Origin: Tubulanus polymorphus
Lineage: Eukaryota > Animalia > Nemertea
Assembly: GCF_964204645.1 (NCBI RefSeq)
Contig: NC_134034.1
Span: 13,529,062-13,593,061, forward strand
Length of the DNA: 64,000 bases
Direction: 5' to 3'
A model generated the notes under the pieces. The model had not been told where the DNA came from, ran no database searches, and was given only the letters and a program-made list of their open reading frames with translations. Shown here in pieces: positions 61,351-64,000 of this stretch. The position numbers were made by a program, and so were the translations under genes. Every line of letters starts with the position of its first letter. Within the stretch, counting starts at the first letter, position 1.

Positions 61351-62595
61351 ATTTTACACCCGAGATATTGTTTGCATTGTATACAGGAATATGAAAGGTA
61401 TTCCTGGAAGTTTTAAGTGGATAGATTACTGATAAGTTCGCAAAACGATATTAACGGTTTCCCGAGGGCCTTAACCCCCTTGATTCCTAATTAATTAGAA
61501 CAAAAATGTGTTGCCCTAACAGATGTCTTCAATTGGCCCGAACTGATGTCTTCACCATTCAGGGTGCGCATACATTACATATTACTATAGAGAATGTACC
61601 GGTATATCAGCAGCAGCACCGGGCAAAAATATCTGTGTCATCGCAAAACGAGGCTTATTATCGAATTAGATATAATGCTTTATTAAGAGAGGGGTCTAAT
61701 GACTAGTTGCATACCGGGAGAGCCTGGTCTATCTCTCAGTACGTCTGCTGTACGTCATTCATTCGTTAAATCACCGCGGTGACGTTTAGTTGTTAGTCGG
61801 TTTTTTCGGACTCTAAATGGATTTAAGCGTGATTTTTGGTCGGTCTGCCGCGTCGGACCGCTGGTTGTTTCGCTCAGCGGTCACTACGCGAAAAAATATC
61901 GGCGCACAAAATTCGATCGAGATATTCGTGGTGATTTTTGAAAACACGTCTGCCGTTAATGAAATCCACCACGCTTTAACAGTCGTTTAGTTTTACGGAA
62001 AGTTGATCGAACTAAACTCAAAACGTTCCCGATCTTTCCACCCCGAGTAGCGAACGGTTTATCGAGCAGCTGTTACACCGCTGCTTATGGAAAACACAAT
62101 CTTCTTGACGAATTTCGAGCTATTCGAAATTTTCGGCGTACAAATATTTTCGCTGATGTTTTATTTTCGCGGGTTCTTCAATGCACAGTTTATACAAATG
62201 GCTTCTTTCAATCAAAAGGAACCTTTTCGTTTTCGACATAGGAATAAAAACAAATTCGAGGCTCTTTATTTGTTGTTGCGTTGAATCGGGAAGCCTTTCA
62301 TAGGTTATTGACATCAATCAACCCGCATACACACATTACAACCCTGTCCCATAGAGGATTAATGATAATAATAATGTAACATTTCTAAGGGATTAACTAT
62401 GAACAATAAAAGGAAGTTTATGTTAGTCTGGATGAACTAATCAGAATGGATTCGAAAGTTTTAACTGATTTAGGCGTTGCTATGATGTCAGAGACTGTTG
62501 ATGGTGCAGAGGCTGAGGTAGGATGTATCTTATTGGACATCAGGGGGGATAGGAGACCGACTTAGTACAGGGTATAAGTATAGGTTCTTTCACCA

Positions 62596-63065
62596 AGTTC
62601 CACTGTTGTTTGGAGTTAATATGACTGGACTGAGTTCCACATTTGTGTGGGTTTATTTAGTTTCTGAACCTGGTTCGACAGTTGTGTGGGTTTAATTTGA
62701 CTGTGGACTCAGTTCCACAGTTGTGTGAGTTTAATTTGACTGTGGACCCAGTTCCACAGTTGTGTGGGTTTAATTTGACTGTGGACTCAGTTCCACAGTT
62801 GTGTGGGTTTAATTTGACTGTGGACCCAGTTCCACAGTTGTGTGAGTTTAATTTGACTGTGGACCCAGTTCCACAGTTGTGTGGGTTTATTTCAACTCTG
62901 GATCCAGTTCCACAGTTGTGTGAGTTTAATTTGACTCCGAACCCAGTTCCACAGTTGTGTGAGTTTAATTTGACTGTGTATCCAGTTCCACAGTTGTGTG
63001 GGTTTAATTTGACTCTGAATTCAGTTCCACAGTTGTGTGAGTTTGATTGTGGACTCAGTTCCACA
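62596..63065 (-). repeat. 39-bp minisatellite array
   Basis: ~12 copies, reverse orientation. Confidence 0.92.
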
Positions 63066-63368
63066 ATATTTGACAAGATGAATTTTACCAGACTCAACTA
63101 TAGAACTGATTACGAACGGTGCCTCTAATCAAAATCATATTTCAGCGATTCTTTGTTCAATGATTTCCGATTGTTTATTGATATATGTATTCTCTTTAAT
63201 TCGTATCGTTACAGGGTCTCGGAGGCGGATCGGCGACTATAGATGGCGCCACTAACAGTATGTCTGCTAGTAAACTGACACCTACTCTGGCAATAGAGAG
63301 TTTTCGTGCATCGTTTATTCTCGGTGGTGACGGAGATGGTAAAATATCTATTCTATCTCCTCGCTCTC

Positions 63369-63399
<31 letters not shown>

Positions 63400-64000
63400 A
63401 TCTTAATTATCCAAATTCATCCCAGTAAAGATTATAGAAATAATGAATTTAGTTTGTAAATAGTGAATGACACCGGGCGTGCGTGTAAAACACTGCACCC
63501 GATTGCACAGTTTATGCCCCATTTCGGTTCTAACAACTCTCTAACTTCCGATCTAACAATTTTCTAACAACCGAACACTAACTGGTCTGAGCCCTATAGC
63601 TGTAAGACGGGTATAAGATAATTGTTTTATGGCCAAATACGATACTTTAAAAAATTGTGGTTCAATATTAAAACCTTTTTTTCTCTTAAAGAGAAAGAAA
63701 GAAATGTCTTTCATTAGATTGTGTTAGAGATTGAAATAGGGGGAACATGAACTCTTTAAGCGGGGTCCTCGACTGTTTATTGTGTACGTTGCATTTTGCA
63801 TTTTGTGTTGTACTGTCACGCCCTACTAGCTACTCTCCCAGACTGATAGCAAAACAAACTCAAATCAATGATTCATTTCAACTCATTTTTAAGCTGTCGA
63901 CTGCTAGCTGCTCGCATAGCTTACTGACTGCTAGCTCATAGCTTACTAACACTAAACAGCATGTGTACCCCCCCTCCCCTGCTCCCAGAAGGGTCTCAAT

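Overview
Eukaryotic (invertebrate animal, possibly spiralian; species not determinable) genomic DNA that is intron- and repeat-rich. Most of the supplied ORFs are microsatellite or minisatellite noise. Two spliced genes sit head-to-head around ~28.2-29.6 kb. (1) Minus strand: a complete 8-exon gene, complement(join(5152..5246,5807..5945,6223..6404,6822..6954,7360..7595,8206..8301,8782..9105,28116..28164)). It encodes a 417-aa protein with a signal peptide, three Ig domains and a GPI-anchor-type C-terminus, and has a 19-kb first intron. (2) Plus strand: the 5' end of a probable MRL-family adaptor gene (Lamellipodin/RIAM/pico/MIG-10), recognised from the talin-binding-helix-like 'LGTWLGQLQSL' exon. 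It appears to have several alternative first exons: one where splicing builds the ATG (AT|G), and one 26 kb downstream carrying an exact SSGYFS beta-TrCP-type degron. The RA-PH core was not found and presumably lies beyond the window. The non-coding DNA holds several MITE families, minisatellites visibly derived from MITE parts, a tRNA-SINE split by a MITE, a Penelope-like inverted repeat with a hammerhead-like core and TSD, a perfect 210-bp (TA)n-centred palindrome, and a cluster of 7 co-oriented octamer (ATGCAAAT) motifs paired with CCAAT boxes. All calls were made by eye; no database searches were run.
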